A stretch of DNA of 63,885 bases, filler included, from Octopus bimaculoides (lineage: Eukaryota): NCBI RefSeq assembly GCF_001194135.2. It is 3 parts of 3 records of this genome, joined end to end, with 100 filler letters (N's around TTAATTAATTAA, not from the genome) between each part and the next. Parts side by side here need not be neighbours in the genome. Positions count along the whole stretch, not along the records: positions 1 to 29,711 come from NC_069002.1; 2 more parts are not named here. The stretch is one strand, 5' to 3'. The notes beneath the pieces were generated by a model. It made no database searches, was not told the origin of the DNA, and saw nothing but the letters and a program-made list of their open reading frames with translations. The translations under genes were made by a program, and so were the position numbers. How positions within the stretch are numbered: the stretch's first letter is position 1; each line of letters opens with the position of its first letter. Below are positions 12,318-23,342 of this stretch, piece by piece.

Positions 12318-12698
12318 TCTGAAAAACAGTAAAAGTTGTTTGAAACACTGCTTTGATATTGTAAATTTCATTTCTGCTAATGATGAATCCCTAGCCATAC
12401 CACTCTAACTGCCCGTTTGTTAGATGTTCAATTTAGTCAACCATTTTAACCACATTATTCCTCTCTAAAGTGATCTGATCTTCGCCGTTTTACTGTCTGG
12501 GATGCATTGCTCTTCTCAGGGTTAACACATTCAGGTCATTATCACTTGATACATTTTGGTGTTATGTAAAGACGTTGGTAATTTTCTTCTACCAAATATC
12601 AGTACATTGTGGCAATATACTTACAATTACATGTTGACAACATATCAAATATGTAGATATATTATATATAAATTGCTATACAAATGCATGCATACACA

Positions 12699-12900
12699 CA
12701 TCCATCCATCCATCCATCCATCCATCCATCCATCCATCCATCCATCCATCCATCCATCCATCCATATATACACACATATATATATACACACACATATATA
12801 TATATGCACATATATATATATACACATATATATATATATAGGTGTATGTGTATATATGTATATACATATATATATACATACATATGTATGTATGTATCTA
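12699..12900 (+). repeat. (CATC)n followed by (TA/CA)n microsatellite
   Basis: Read directly from the sequence. Confidence 0.9.
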
Positions 12901-12931
12901 TGTATATTCTGATTATATGTCTGTGCATACG

Positions 12932-13126
12932 TTTGAATGTGGTGTGTGCCAGAGGGCTTGCAAATCCAATGGGGGTCTTAAAAGACATGTTAGGATTCAC
13001 AATGAGCAGAACTTACCTGCAGGTATTGGTAGTGCAAATCAGAGGTGAAATCTGTGTAGGTGTTTTTTCAAAACATTGTTTGGTTTAAAAAGCCACATCA
13101 GACGCCATGAAAGGGCTAAGGTGTAG
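12932..13126 (+). mobile_element. 3' tail of a LINE (probably RTE type) encoding two tandem C2H2 zinc fingers, second one inactivated
   Basis: [23 protein letters not shown] (Cx2Cx12Hx3H), linker, then R*NLCRCFFKTLFGLKSHIRRH with TGA at the first Cys position; stop 13124-13126; (TATG)n-type tail; no splice sites linking it to a host gene. Confidence 0.7.
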
Positions 13127-13327
13127 GTGCAGGAGGTGGTCAAAGCTCTGTTTAAGGCGTAGACAACCAAAAAAGCCAAAAAAACAAAAAACAACCACCA
13201 TGTATGTATATGTATGTAGATCTAATGCTGATTGTTATGGTGAATATAAACGTGTGTATGTGCAGGATATTCGAGTATAGCAAAAAATATTTTGAAGCAC
13301 TTATAAATTTAGACTTGTTTCTTGCAG

Positions 13328-13425
13328 ATGTGTGATACAGAATTGTACCAATATGAGATACGTCAAGTCTCAAATGATATCGAACATCGCAAGGGGTCTG
13401 AAAAATCAGATGGAATAAACTACAG
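13328..13425 (+). CDS. LRRC74: LRRC74-like internal exon
   Basis: ttgtttcttgcAG 13326-13327, donor GTctgt 13426. 98 nt, phase 0/2, MCDTELYQYEIRQVSNDIEHRKGSEKSDGINY(R); links the 8846 and 16086 exons in frame. Confidence 0.8.
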
Positions 13426-13630
13426 GTCTGTAAGTTAACTTATAAAGAGGAAAATATCATATACATACACAAATATTCATCCACACACATGCACACGTAT
13501 CTATACATCGACATACATATGTAACGATTAATGTATACTTACATAGTTTTTATAATTTTTAAAGCATTTCATGGATCCTGAATGTGAGGTCCCTGTTCCA
13601 AACACGTGCACATGTTCACTTGTACGTACA

Positions 13631-13663
<33 letters not shown>

Positions 13664-13665
<2 letters not shown>

Positions 13666-13862
13666 CAAAATAAGCAACAAGATATCCAGAGGTAATGCAG
13701 TGCGTTTCAAGCGATTTAATTGAACAATGCAACCATTACATCAATTTAAATGCAGAGCAATCCTCAGCTGTATAAATACATAGAATTAAATTAAATTTAA
13801 ATAGATGGACGCAGTATAATTTTACCTAAAGCCTCAAAGAAAGTAAGGAGATAGACAAAGAA
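13664..13862 (+). mobile_element. 5' fragment of the same AT-rich repeat (copy 3)
   Basis: caaaataagcaacaagatatccagaggtaatgcag...ggagatagacaaag matches 5761-5970. Confidence 0.75.
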
Positions 13863-14089
13863 CACTAAAAACTTTTAAAACCTATAATATACCTCTTAGT
13901 TTATAATTAGTATATAGTTAGCATGTCCTATAACAACAATATTCCTTTAGTTAATACCAGGTATCAGTCTTTATTGATACAAGCTAAATAAGTAAATAAA
14001 CAAATTTTAGTTTAAATATTATACATTATTATACATTTTCTATATATCTTCTCTATTGATGTTACTAAGGTGTATATATACTTCATCAC

Positions 14090-15215
14090 GGTTTTAGTGA
14101 TTAAGCTATTTTATTCCTTTTCTACCCTACCTGATCATTTTATTATTATATAATAGCCTTTATGAAATAAATCTAATTTTTTTACCCCTATAAATTCATA
14201 CTTAGCTTGTTATACAATACCGGATTCTTCACAACTTAAAATAAAAATAAACTGCTTAGATTATAATTTAATTAATATATAATTAGCATGTTCTTTCGCC
14301 TCATTACTCCTTTATTAAATACCAGTAAGTGCCAATGGTCAATCTTCATAGATACCATAAGTTAATATTCAAGTATATAATATGTATAAATATTAAACTA
14401 TTTCGAGATAATTTCTTTTCCTCCTTCTATTGTGGTAAAAGTTTGGTATATACTCAAAAGGATTCAAAAAACTTTTTATCCTTTTGTTATAATATTCTTC
14501 TTAATAATTTTCTGAATAACCCTAAATTTTAAATTTATATAATATGGCAATATTGTTTAAAATATTTAACTATAGTACCACGTGATAAGATTTCCCCTCT
14601 TTCATTATCAATGGTCTACTACTGGCCTTCCCCTTAAAATTTCAGCTAACATCTTGATTTAAGATTTCCTTTACCAAATCTCATTATATTGCTTCAAATT
14701 AATCTTGATAGTTTTATGACTATCCCCATTATGACTTCTGTCCGACTCCCTCAGCCCCTTTCCTAACAGACACTGCTCCTTGTTCTTTGTCCTTAGATTT
14801 TTGAGATACAAAGATTTGATAAACAAGACTATAAATTAAAACAGACCCCCACAAAACAGTGACAAGCTAGATCTCTAACAAGTCTTTCTTCCTGATACCT
14901 TAGTAGCTTCTATGCTGAAGTGAAGACAGCATGATCTTTGTCTATCCCCTTATCTTCTTGGAGGTTTTAGGTAAAATTATGCTAATGTTTCCATCTGTTT
15001 TTATTTAATTTAATCCTATGTCTTTATGCAGCTGAGGATTGCTCTGCATTTAAATTGATGTAATGGTTGCATTGTTCAATTAAATGGAGTTGCTTGAAAC
15101 AATCGTACTGCATTACCTCTGGATATCCTGTTGCTTATTTTGATTTAATCACCTTATTTTGAAACTGTATGGATATACCGTACTAAATTCTGGTGCCTCA
15201 ACTTAAGTACCTAAT
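14090..15215 (-). mobile_element. AT-rich interspersed repeat (copy 2, inverted)
   Basis: Reverse complement matches copy 1 across the start block and the internal blocks, e.g. tactggtatt.aataaaggagta.tgagg and tttgagtatataccaaact. Confidence 0.7.
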
Positions 15216-15236
15216 TCATCTCAATCTAAATTTTTG

Positions 15237-15290
<54 letters not shown>

Positions 15291-15307
15291 TCTTTTACTC
15301 TTTTACG

Positions 15308-15963
15308 TGTTTCAGTCATGTGACTGTGGCCATGCCGGAGCACCGCCTTTAGCCAAGCAAATCGACCCTAGAACTTATTCTTTGTAAGCCTAGTACTTAT
15401 TCTATCGGTCTTTGGCCGAACCACTCAGTTACGGGCACGTAAACACACCACCATCGGTTGTCAAGCGATGTTGGGGGGAGAAACGCAGATACACAAACAT
15501 ATACACACACATACATGCATATATACATATATACGACGGGCTTCTTTCAGTTTCCATCTACCAAATCCACTCACAAGGCTTTGGTCGGCCCGAGACTATA
15601 GTAGAAGACACTTGCCCAAGATACTACGCAGTGTGACTGAACCCAGAACCATGCGGTTCATAAGCAAGCTACTTATTTCTTTATTGCCCACAAGGGGCTA
15701 AACATAGAGGGGACGAACAAGGACAGACAAATGGGTTAAGTCGATTAAATCGACCCCAGTGCGTAACTGGTACTTATTTATCGACCCAGAAAGGATGAAA
15801 GGCCAAGTCAACCTCGGCGGAATTTGAACTCAGAACGTAACGGCAGACGAAATACCGCTAAGCATTTCGTCCGGCGTGCTAACGATTCTGCCAGCTCGCT
15901 GCCTTAGAATCGTTAGCACGCCGGGCGAAATGCATAAGCAAGCTACTTACCACACAGCCACTC
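15308..15963 (-). mobile_element. SINE family C interrupted by a nested family B SINE (15676-15932)
   Basis: Family C body 15308-15675 resumes at 15933-15963 (head ccacacagccactcc). A 17 bp duplication cataagcaagctactta at 15659-15675 and 15933-15949 flanks the family B copy. Confidence 0.85.
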
Positions 15964-16085
15964 CTACATATATAAGTGTTCCAATCACTAAATAGTATTT
16001 TTATTTTACAAAAGAAAAAGAATATTTGACTTCTAGTAGAACGCTTGATATGAAGAAAAAATTCGAACATATTTTCTTATTGCAG

Positions 16086-16374
16086 GAAACTTACCAATTC
16101 GATTGCCGACCACATGGAGCTTCTACGCCGGAGAAGAGAAACGGAACTACGCAAAGAGAGGGCAGAAGAGCTTTATCATCAAAGAATTCTGAAGGAGGAT
16201 GTTTTGGTAGATGACACTCAAACAAACCCCAGTTCAATATTACCAACGGAAGCCATGGCGAAACTGAATCTTAATCATGGTAAATCTACGGATATAACAG
16301 CTATTGTGCAAAACAATGGTTATAAAAGAAGAAACAAAAAAAAATATAAAAAAATTGGTAAAGGTAAAATCTGA
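16086..16374 (+). CDS. LRRC74: LRRC74-like terminal coding exon
   Basis: ttttcttattgcAG 16084-16085, phase 2 start. Reads KLTNSIADHMELLRRRRETELRKERAEELYHQRIL...KRRNKKKYKKIGKGKI, stop TGA ending 16374, followed by two AATAAA. Confidence 0.8.
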
Positions 16375-16410
16375 ATAACATAAACAAGAGATGACCAAAC
16401 AAAACTGTAT

Positions 16411-16432
16411 AATAAAGAATTCATTCAATAAA
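16411..16432 (+). terminator. Tandem polyadenylation signals of the LRRC74-like gene
   Basis: AATAAA at 16411-16416 and 16427-16432, 37-58 nt after the stop codon. Confidence 0.6.
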
Positions 16433-16531
16433 GCATTTGTTAAAATAAATCGAATTGTGCTATTCCCGATCTTATATATATAAAATTATATAATACACAT
16501 GCATACATACACACATGTACAAGTACATCTA

Positions 16532-16582
<51 letters not shown>

Positions 16583-16585
<3 letters not shown>

Positions 16586-16948
16586 TCGTTTATATTTATA
16601 CAAGGGGCATTACTACAGAATAATGCCACACACTGGACTTCCCAAAGTAAACACATTTAGTACCGAATGCGAGGAAAAACAACCAACAGAAGAAGACCAA
16701 CTTTCTTTTAAATATGTATCGACTATTTATATATGTTTTCATGAACAATACTATGCTGATGAGCGGAGTCTAGATTCATTCTAGTAATCGCGAAATCGGT
16801 CGATACATAGTTGAGTTATTTAAAAGAAAGTTGGTCTTCTTCTGTTGGTTGTTTTTCCTCGCATTCGGTACTAAATGTGTTTATTTTGGGAAGTCCAATG
16901 TGTGGCATTATTCTGTAGTAATGCCCATTATATAAATATAAACGAATA
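16583..16948. mobile_element. Foldback element / MITE with 132 bp inverted arms
   Basis: 16583-16714 versus 16817-16948 are reverse complements with about 4 mismatches by eye; spacer about 100 bp; TA at both ends; directly after a (TCTA)n run. Confidence 0.9.
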
Positions 16949-17042
16949 ATTATATTCTTGGGAATAGAAATTTCCCTTATGAATTTTTTCACACTGGCTT
17001 CCTGATAAAATTCCTGTAAAAGATTTTTATCCCTTTTTGAAT

Positions 17043-17108
<66 letters not shown>

Positions 17109-17689
17109 CTATACGCGCATATTCATGTGCACTATATGCATAACCTGTTGCAGCAGTACAGCACGTACTTTTACTATAACTCAGATAACAACAAAACATC
17201 CAGCGAGAATAAAAATCATATCACCAATCTCGGCACAAGCTTTTCCAACAAACCTGGAAATTGGTGAACATTCAGTAGGAAAAAAATATAAAACAAACAA
17301 CCGACAAAACTGGCATTGTAAGCTCAACCCAAGTCGCCAAATACTTCTTAACTATATTTAATTCTTCTTTTTAATCCACATGGAACCCGGCAAAAGAGAT
17401 TCAGACAATATCCTGACTATCACACAGCACCAACCTCTGTTATTAATTTGCACAAAAAGCACCACTACTAAACCATAAGTTTCTTTCGGTGCTCCGAAAA
17501 GTGTAATCAAGTCATTACTGTAGTTTCAATATTTTTGCTGAATGCAGAAAGCATTAGCCTGTCCTTCAACGCGATTGTTATTTGCATTGTATTACCAGTG
17601 ATTGTTAATATCTGCAAATTCCCCCCATTTAGGGTCGAATTATTATATTTCTCCTTTTTCGCGTAATATTATTTTTACACAAAAATGGA

Positions 17690-18500
17690 TACCGATAACA
17701 ACGAAAATGCCCACCAAAAAAAGACAAAAAGACGTCTTAAAAAATTTGTACACAATGTTCCCCTCCCTTGCAAACCACGAAAGGAGGGAGAAGCAAAGCC
17801 CAACAATAATGAACCCACCAACCAAAACACAAGTCAACAACAAAATCAACTTCGCTTCTGTTGCCAGTGTCAACACGGAAAAAAATGACCGTCAACTTGA
17901 ACGAAATAGAAAAACGTAAAAGCCCATTGACAAAAGAAGGCACTAACATTAAATTAACTCCACTTTCTCGGAGGATGTAATACTGTCCACCCAAAAGGAA
18001 ACAATTAAACACTCTTCTTGAAGACAAAAAGAAATTGAAAAAGAAGCTATAGAAAATGCCTTCATCCCATCTGGCCAGAAATTAAATTCATAGCAAAAGG
18101 AAAACGCTATAACACAGTCGAGCACCTCTGAGGAAGAAGCACAAAGAACTGGTGTTGCTGTCACCTTACTTTGGAAAGCGAACCTCGCAAATCAGGATAG
18201 GGGAGATTCCACCAGAAATAGACGTGGTGTGGCTGGTGGCAACCGTTTTGCTGAACATGGAGGATAGAATCACTATCCTCCAGGTTGCCAAGCTGCACCA
18301 ACAGAACTGATGGGGCTAGGGCTTAGGGCTTATGATATAGGCCACCCCAAAATGACCTTGAAGACATACAGACCAGGTTAATTTAACCCGACGAAACCGC
18401 ACTAAGAGTAATGGTGGAGAGGAGAAAACCTCGATGTTATAAATGTGGGCAAAAAGGGTCCTATAAAATTAGATTGCCCATAAGACAAACAACAAATGGT
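17690..18500 (+). pseudogene. Degenerate non-LTR retrotransposon ORF1 (gag-like) with CCHC knuckle
   Basis: Frame-shifted segments NFASVAS.., KEAIENAFIPSGQKL, PYFGKRTSQIRIGEIPPEIDVVWLVATV, LRVMVERRKPRCYKCGQKG(S)..; many stops. Confidence 0.45.
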
Positions 18501-18574
18501 GCTCCCTCCTCCCAACAACCCACGCAAATTAAGACCCCAGAAGAAGAGGAAGACGCCAGCCAAGACAACGCCAT

Positions 18575-19220
18575 GATGGTGAGTGGTCTTTCCCTCTGTG
18601 ACCTGGTGGGGCAGAATCTACTAAGGTCATGGTTGTCTAGATAGTTACTATCATAGTTCAGTTTAAAGATGGGACGCAGTTCCCTCGTGTTGACTTCACG
18701 GAACTCTACCTCCCTCTCACAGATAATCTCAATGCATTTTTTCAAAGCAAAATCTCTGTCAATAGATGGGTAGAGTGAAATTACATCCATACTATCCGCT
18801 ACACAACCTGTGAGTTCGTTGGAATGGTTGCAGTTACTGATTCTACTTAGTAGATCCTCCGTGCTCACACAGACATCCGGGGATATTTCAATGAGTGGTT
18901 GTAATACTTGTGAGAGGAAGTAGGATAGTCTATAATCGCTGGCGATATTTGCTCCTTAAACTGGCTTGGTTGGGGGCTCCATAACAGGGTTTACGTTGGG
19001 TTTTATGGTCTTTACGTAATCCGTATAGCATAGGAACATCGTTGTTGAATGCTTGGAAATTTTGTGCAGTCCGTTACATGGGTTGGAGTATGCTGCACCA
19101 CATTCTCATGTGTGCATCGAGAAGTTTTTCCACTCTTTCATGTTCCTGTGGTGCAACTTCTCTCATGCTACTGATGTGTTGTTGCATGGGCTGGACATAG
19201 TTCCGTGAACTGTCTTTTGG
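18575..19220 (-). mobile_element. Penelope-like element reverse transcriptase fragment
   Basis: NDVPMLYGLRKDHK, ..GANIASDYRLSYFLSQVLQPLIE, ADSMDVISLYPSID: the DVxxLYPSI motif and LYGLxKxHK are typical of PLE RT. Confidence 0.75.
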
Positions 19221-19574
19221 GCTGTCAATAAATAACAGGATAATGTGGAGAAATGGGAGACAGAGAGAAAGCAAGATGACTTCCGGCAAGTAGGTGGTTT
19301 TCTCCTGACAAAGATGGGTAAAGTGGAAGGACTAATTGTTTTAAAATGTCTGTTTTGTGTTAGCCTTATATATTTAGCCATTAACGCTTAGTAACTTGCA
19401 AATATATAAAAGGGAAATAACTACTTTTAGTTTAATCAAATCATGCCAAACTAATGTATATATGCAATAAGTTAAGGGAGGTAACTCCCACAATACTCTC
19501 AAGTAATTATTCTGTAGACATGTAATATAAGTTCATTTTATTCCGATTTTATGGCTTATATTTTATCTTTCACA

Positions 19575-19870
19575 TGTTTCAGACATTTTAGTTTGAATGC
19601 TGGGTCACCGCCTTGGGGAATTTTGGTCGAGCGAATCGACTCCAGTACCTATTATTTTAAAGCTTTGTACTTATTCAATTGTTTTTTTTAGCAGAACTGT
19701 TACTTACAAGAATGTAAACAAGCCGACACCGATTGTCAAGCAGAGGTGGTGAATAAACAGATAGAAACACACTCACACGGACATATATATATACAAGTAA
19801 ATGCATACATAAATACATACATAAATACATACATAAATACATACACACACACATACACCACACACACAAA
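19575..19870 (-). mobile_element. SINE family C, diverged 3' half
   Basis: catgtttcagacatttt..caccgcc..tagtcgagcgaatcgactccag..gattgtcaagc..(CA)n, same motif order as the 2874 copy. Confidence 0.6.
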
Positions 19871-20644
19871 CACACACACATACATACAAAATAGGGGGGT
19901 TTAGTTAACAGGTGATCTAAACAACTAGGTACGTTGGGTAAGTGCTGTAACGGATTACCAGGGATCCAAGCTCACAGCCAAGACGGGAGTTATGGGACCA
20001 TTGTAGATTTCCGATATAGCGGATATGTAATTGTTAAAGAGGATAACAAACTCAAGACAAACATCTCAAGCCATATTCGTTATTATTATTGGAAAATATT
20101 AAAGTCTTACAGCTATTTCTGAGATATCCCAAAATATGGGATATTCCGTCATCGGACACAAATAGTGAAAATGTGAAGGGTATAGATTAAGGAAACGATG
20201 ACATAATTGCGTTTATCTCTGGATATTTACACTATGAAAACTATAGCCATACATGGATTTACATAGGAGTTCACCTAAGGACTTATGGACTAACATCAAC
20301 ACTATCGGAAAATTGAACTGTGAACTTTTATACAGACTTTGGACTAGTCTCCGTTGAATTATTCTGCAACTCGTTTTCATGTATTTACGGTCAAAGGGGA
20401 TATGATTCTTTTCTTTTCCCGCATTTATTCACCCTTCCACATTTCGCATTTAACTTCAATTGCTTTTTCTTTCGCGTGATTTCTCTTGTACCACCGGCCT
20501 GTGTTGCAAATTGAACAGACCATATGCTTAGAGCGTCAAGATTGCTTAGTAACATCAAGCGTGTAATTAAAGCCTCCCTATACTCGCGTCTCCATTGTAA
20601 GAAACTATTTCTCGGACGTATCTTTTTACTGTGTACAGAAAATG

Positions 20645-20804
20645 ACACACACACACACACATACACACACACACACACACACAACACACACAGACATACA
20701 CACACACGTGCACATACACGCACATACATACACACAGACACACACACACAAACACACACAGAGACAAACACAGACACAGACAGACACACAGACACACAGA
20801 CACA

Positions 20805-20845
<41 letters not shown>
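20645..20845 (+). repeat. (CA)n / (CAGA)n compound microsatellite
   Basis: Read directly from the sequence. Confidence 0.9.
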
Positions 20846-20848
<3 letters not shown>

Positions 20849-20875
20849 TGTGTTTCTTGCATTTATAATTATTTG

Positions 20876-21890
20876 AAAACTTTAGCGTTTTTGTGTGTGC
20901 TGTTTCTAAGTATGTTTTGGGGCTGTATTGGAGATCATTAAGAAGAGAGTGCTTCTTGAGGAGCTCACTGCCAACCCGTACATTGTTGCTCACTTCATTT
21001 TTCAGCACTGCATTTATATATTTATTTTTGCTGCTGTTGTTCAGCAATTGCTGCCTGAGTGATACCATACGGCATTCGAAGGCCGTCTGCACTGATCCCA
21101 GGCCTCCACCACCTTCATTTCTTCTTAGGTAGAGCCTGTCAACATCACTATTTCTGTGTTGTCAGGATTTTGCGGGTTTTGATATCAATGGAGTGGGTTT
21201 TCTCTACAGACCAATCAAGCATCCAAAATGTTGGGATCAGCACTGGTACTGCAAATGCATTGTGGGATATTGTTTTGTTGTAAGAGGAGAGTTCCAACTG
21301 CCATATTTTGTCTGGTGTAATATGTTCAATGTACTCTATCTTTATTCACAGTGTCTTCATATGATACATTTTAATCTATGCCAAAGTACTTGTAACATTC
21401 TTTGTGTGGAATGGATGAGACAGAGAAACCGTTGATGCACAGGGTTTGGGTTTGGGGCACTGACTTTCCTCGTTCTATAACCAAATAGGAACATTTAGTT
21501 TGGCCAAAATCATACCTATATCAGACAAAAATGTTATCCATTCCAGTTGTCTTTTTTGGCATTGTTGACACTTTTAGCATAAATCTTGAGGTCGTCTACA
21601 AAGAAATTATGAGTTACGTTGATATATCTAGCAGTTGAAGATCCTAGCATGTAACCATTTGTTTTCTGCAGTTGGAACGATAATGGATTAAGTGCCAAAA
21701 TGAAAAGAAGTACAGAAAGACTATCTCCCTGGAATATTCCCTTTGAAATGCCAATACTATCAGAAATAATTATTCTGTTCTTAGTTGCAAGGGTAAGAAT
21801 TGTTGTCCATGTCTCTGTGAGACTCTCTATTGTAGCAATTAGGGTAGTAGGTACTTTTGCCAGATGTAGGCATTTCAACAGCCACGATTG
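20876..21890 (-). mobile_element. R4/Dong-type non-LTR retrotransposon RT fragment
   Basis: SWLLKCLHLAKVP..KGIFQGDSLSVLLFILALNPLS..VTHNFFVDDLKIY, then QTAFECRMVSL..; homologous to 23680-24600. Confidence 0.85.
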
Positions 21891-22286
21891 AGGTATGTAT
21901 ATACGTATGAATTTGCGCAGATATATGTGCATGCATATCATTTGAAGTACCATCTGCTTTGAGCATATCAACAAACTACCACCGATTAACTATCCACATC
22001 AACATACATTAAAAATAAACGTAAACTATAAAGTAAACATGATGTAGCATAACAATGCTATACATTTCCATCTATTAGATAAAATATTCTTCTTAAAGAA
22101 TGATTCAAGGGAAGCAACTTATGTATTCAAATAACTGAGTTATCCCGCAACGCGCGGAGATACGGATTTTCCGTGAGATCCCCGTAACAACCTACTGCTG
22201 TTTTCAGTATAAATTTGACGATATTTTTGTCCTGATTTGAAACTTAAGTGGTTTGCAGCGAATAAAATAGAGTAAATAAACACCCG

Positions 22287-22323
<37 letters not shown>

Positions 22324-23342
22324 NNNNNNNNNNNNNNNNNNNNNNNNNNNNNNNNNNNNNNNNNNNNNNNNNNNNNNNNNNNNNNNNNNNNNNNNNNNNN
22401 NNNNNNNNNNNNNNNNNNNNNNNNNNNNNNNNNNNNNNNNNNNNNNNNNNNNNNNNNNNNNNNNNNNNNNNNNNNNNNNNNNNNNNNNNNNNNNNNNNNN
22501 NNNNNNNNNNNNNNNNNNNNNNNNNNNNNNNNNNNNNNNNNNNNNNNNNNNNNNNNNNNNNNNNNNNNNNNNNNNNNNNNNNNNNNNNNNNNNNNNNNNN
22601 NNNNNNNNNNNNNNNNNNNNNNNNNNNNNNNNNNNNNNNNNNNNNNNNNNNNNNNNNNNNNNNNNNNNNNNNNNNNNNNNNNNNNNNNNNNNNNNNNNNN
22701 NNNNNNNNNNNNNNNNNNNNNNNNNNNNNNNNNNNNNNNNNNNNNNNNNNNNNNNNNNNNNNNNNNNNNNNNNNNNNNNNNNNNNNNNNNNNNNNNNNNN
22801 NNNNNNNNNNNNNNNNNNNNNNNNNNNNNNNNNNNNNNNNNNNNNNNNNNNNNNNNNNNNNNNNNNNNNNTATATATATTGCAGGTTGTATGTCTTACTG
22901 CACGTGACTATTGTGTAAGAAAGCTGCAATAGAGCGATATTCGTCACGAGAAGGTGTCTCTTGGACGTATAACACGCAGAAGCACAGAAGTGTATCAGTA
23001 GTGGCTGGATTAAAAGCTTGGAGGTATTCAGCTACCTCATTCTCTGAATTGAAACACTCTTGCCATTGGCTTTGCTTTTAGTCTCATCTGTCATATGTAT
23101 CAGTTAAAGGGGTGGACCAAATTTGGTGGTTAACAAGTTTCCTTCGTAACCACATGATTCCGTGCATTCGAATTTGATCACACTGAGTTGTACGATGAGC
23201 AATACATGTCTACTCTAGCCTGGAGCGAAATATGATGTATGAAAACAGAGAGAGGGAAACAGTTTCTAAAATGTAGGTCTCGGGTATATTTTTATTTGTA
23301 TTGTGAAGGTAGGACAGTTCCCATGACGCCTTTCCAAGGCAT

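Noticed and set aside
19934-20390. Higher-complexity segment with short ORFs
   Set aside because: No recognisable motif, and stops in all frames; no call can be supported.
22135-22200. Small GC hairpin resembling a Helitron/HINE terminus
   Set aside because: The other terminus is not identifiable because of the adjacent gap; insufficient evidence.
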